From positions 1 through 36,224 of IMG/VR virus record IMGVR_UViG_3300025889_000396: a stretch of DNA of 36,224 nucleotides. One strand, written 5' to 3'. The notes under the pieces were generated by a model. It was not told where the DNA came from. It did not search any database and saw nothing but the letters and a program-made list of their open reading frames with translations. The translations under genes were made by a program, and so were the position numbers. Positions 35,906 to 36,224 of the stretch are shown here, one piece after another; position 1 is the first letter of the stretch; each line of letters opens with the position of its first letter. Source of the stretch: a virus. Its lineage: Duplodnaviria; Caudoviricetes.

Positions 35906-36224
35906 AAAACAATTTATTGATTACGTATCGTTTGATACCCAACATTATACACCATCACCCTTCCTTTCTTTATTAAGTGAAATTGCAAAAAACATTTGGA
36001 CAATGTATATCACAGGAAAGATATATGAGAAAAATAGTTTTATGCCTTCACCCAACACCGTAATAGAAGCCTTTGATGAAATGATTAGTAATACCCACAA
36101 AGGAATGTTTGAAGATATTAATTATGCCGAATTTATAGATGATATGAAAACCTATGTAGATGAAAACAATATCGCATTATACAAAGCACTTTATTCTCAG
36201 GAAGAAAAGAATATCATCATACCC
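35898..36224 (+). CDS. Hypothetical protein, 3'-truncated by the window edge
   Basis: SD GAGGAG then ATG at 35898; frame open for 109 codons (MARKQFIDYVSFDTQHY...). Confidence 0.65.
   Translation, partial: MARKQFIDYVSFDTQHYTPSPFLSLLSEIAKNIWTMYITGKIYEKNSFMPSPNTVIEAFDEMISNTHKGMFEDINYAEFIDDMKTYVDENNIALYKALYSQEEKNIIIP

Noticed and set aside
1-36224. tRNA/rRNA genes or stop-codon reassignment
   Set aside because: Intergenic gaps are too short or lack cloverleaf motifs, and core genes are full length in the standard code with TAA, TAG and TGA all used as stops.

Overview
A 36-kb AT-rich fragment of a T4-like (myovirus) phage genome. Gene content resembles marine cyanomyophages and pelagimyophages, and an alphaproteobacterial-type LexA box hints at an alphaproteobacterial (e.g. 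SAR11-like) host. Positions 1-34.7 kb are a minus-strand late structural region with many T4 late-promoter motifs (TATAAATA and variants). In transcription order it holds PAAR, gp25, gp6, gp7, gp8, a VrlC-like protein, a large fibre/adhesin array, gp13, gp14, a freestanding GIY-YIG homing endonuclease, gp15 and more adhesin paralogs. The most striking feature is the array: five complete paralogous glycine/proline-rich adhesin-like genes plus a probable sixth truncated at the left edge, with conserved hinges and variable loops. Embedded among them is a very AT-rich cassette of five 2OG-Fe(II)/cupin-fold proteins, a SAM methyltransferase and a conserved 'MAHFA' protein, which together form a candidate virion-fibre diversification and modification system. 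At about 34.8 kb the strand switches at a control region with a LexA-type box, an IHF consensus and a strong sigma70 promoter driving small early ORFs. Family assignments come from motif recognition only; no database searches were run.
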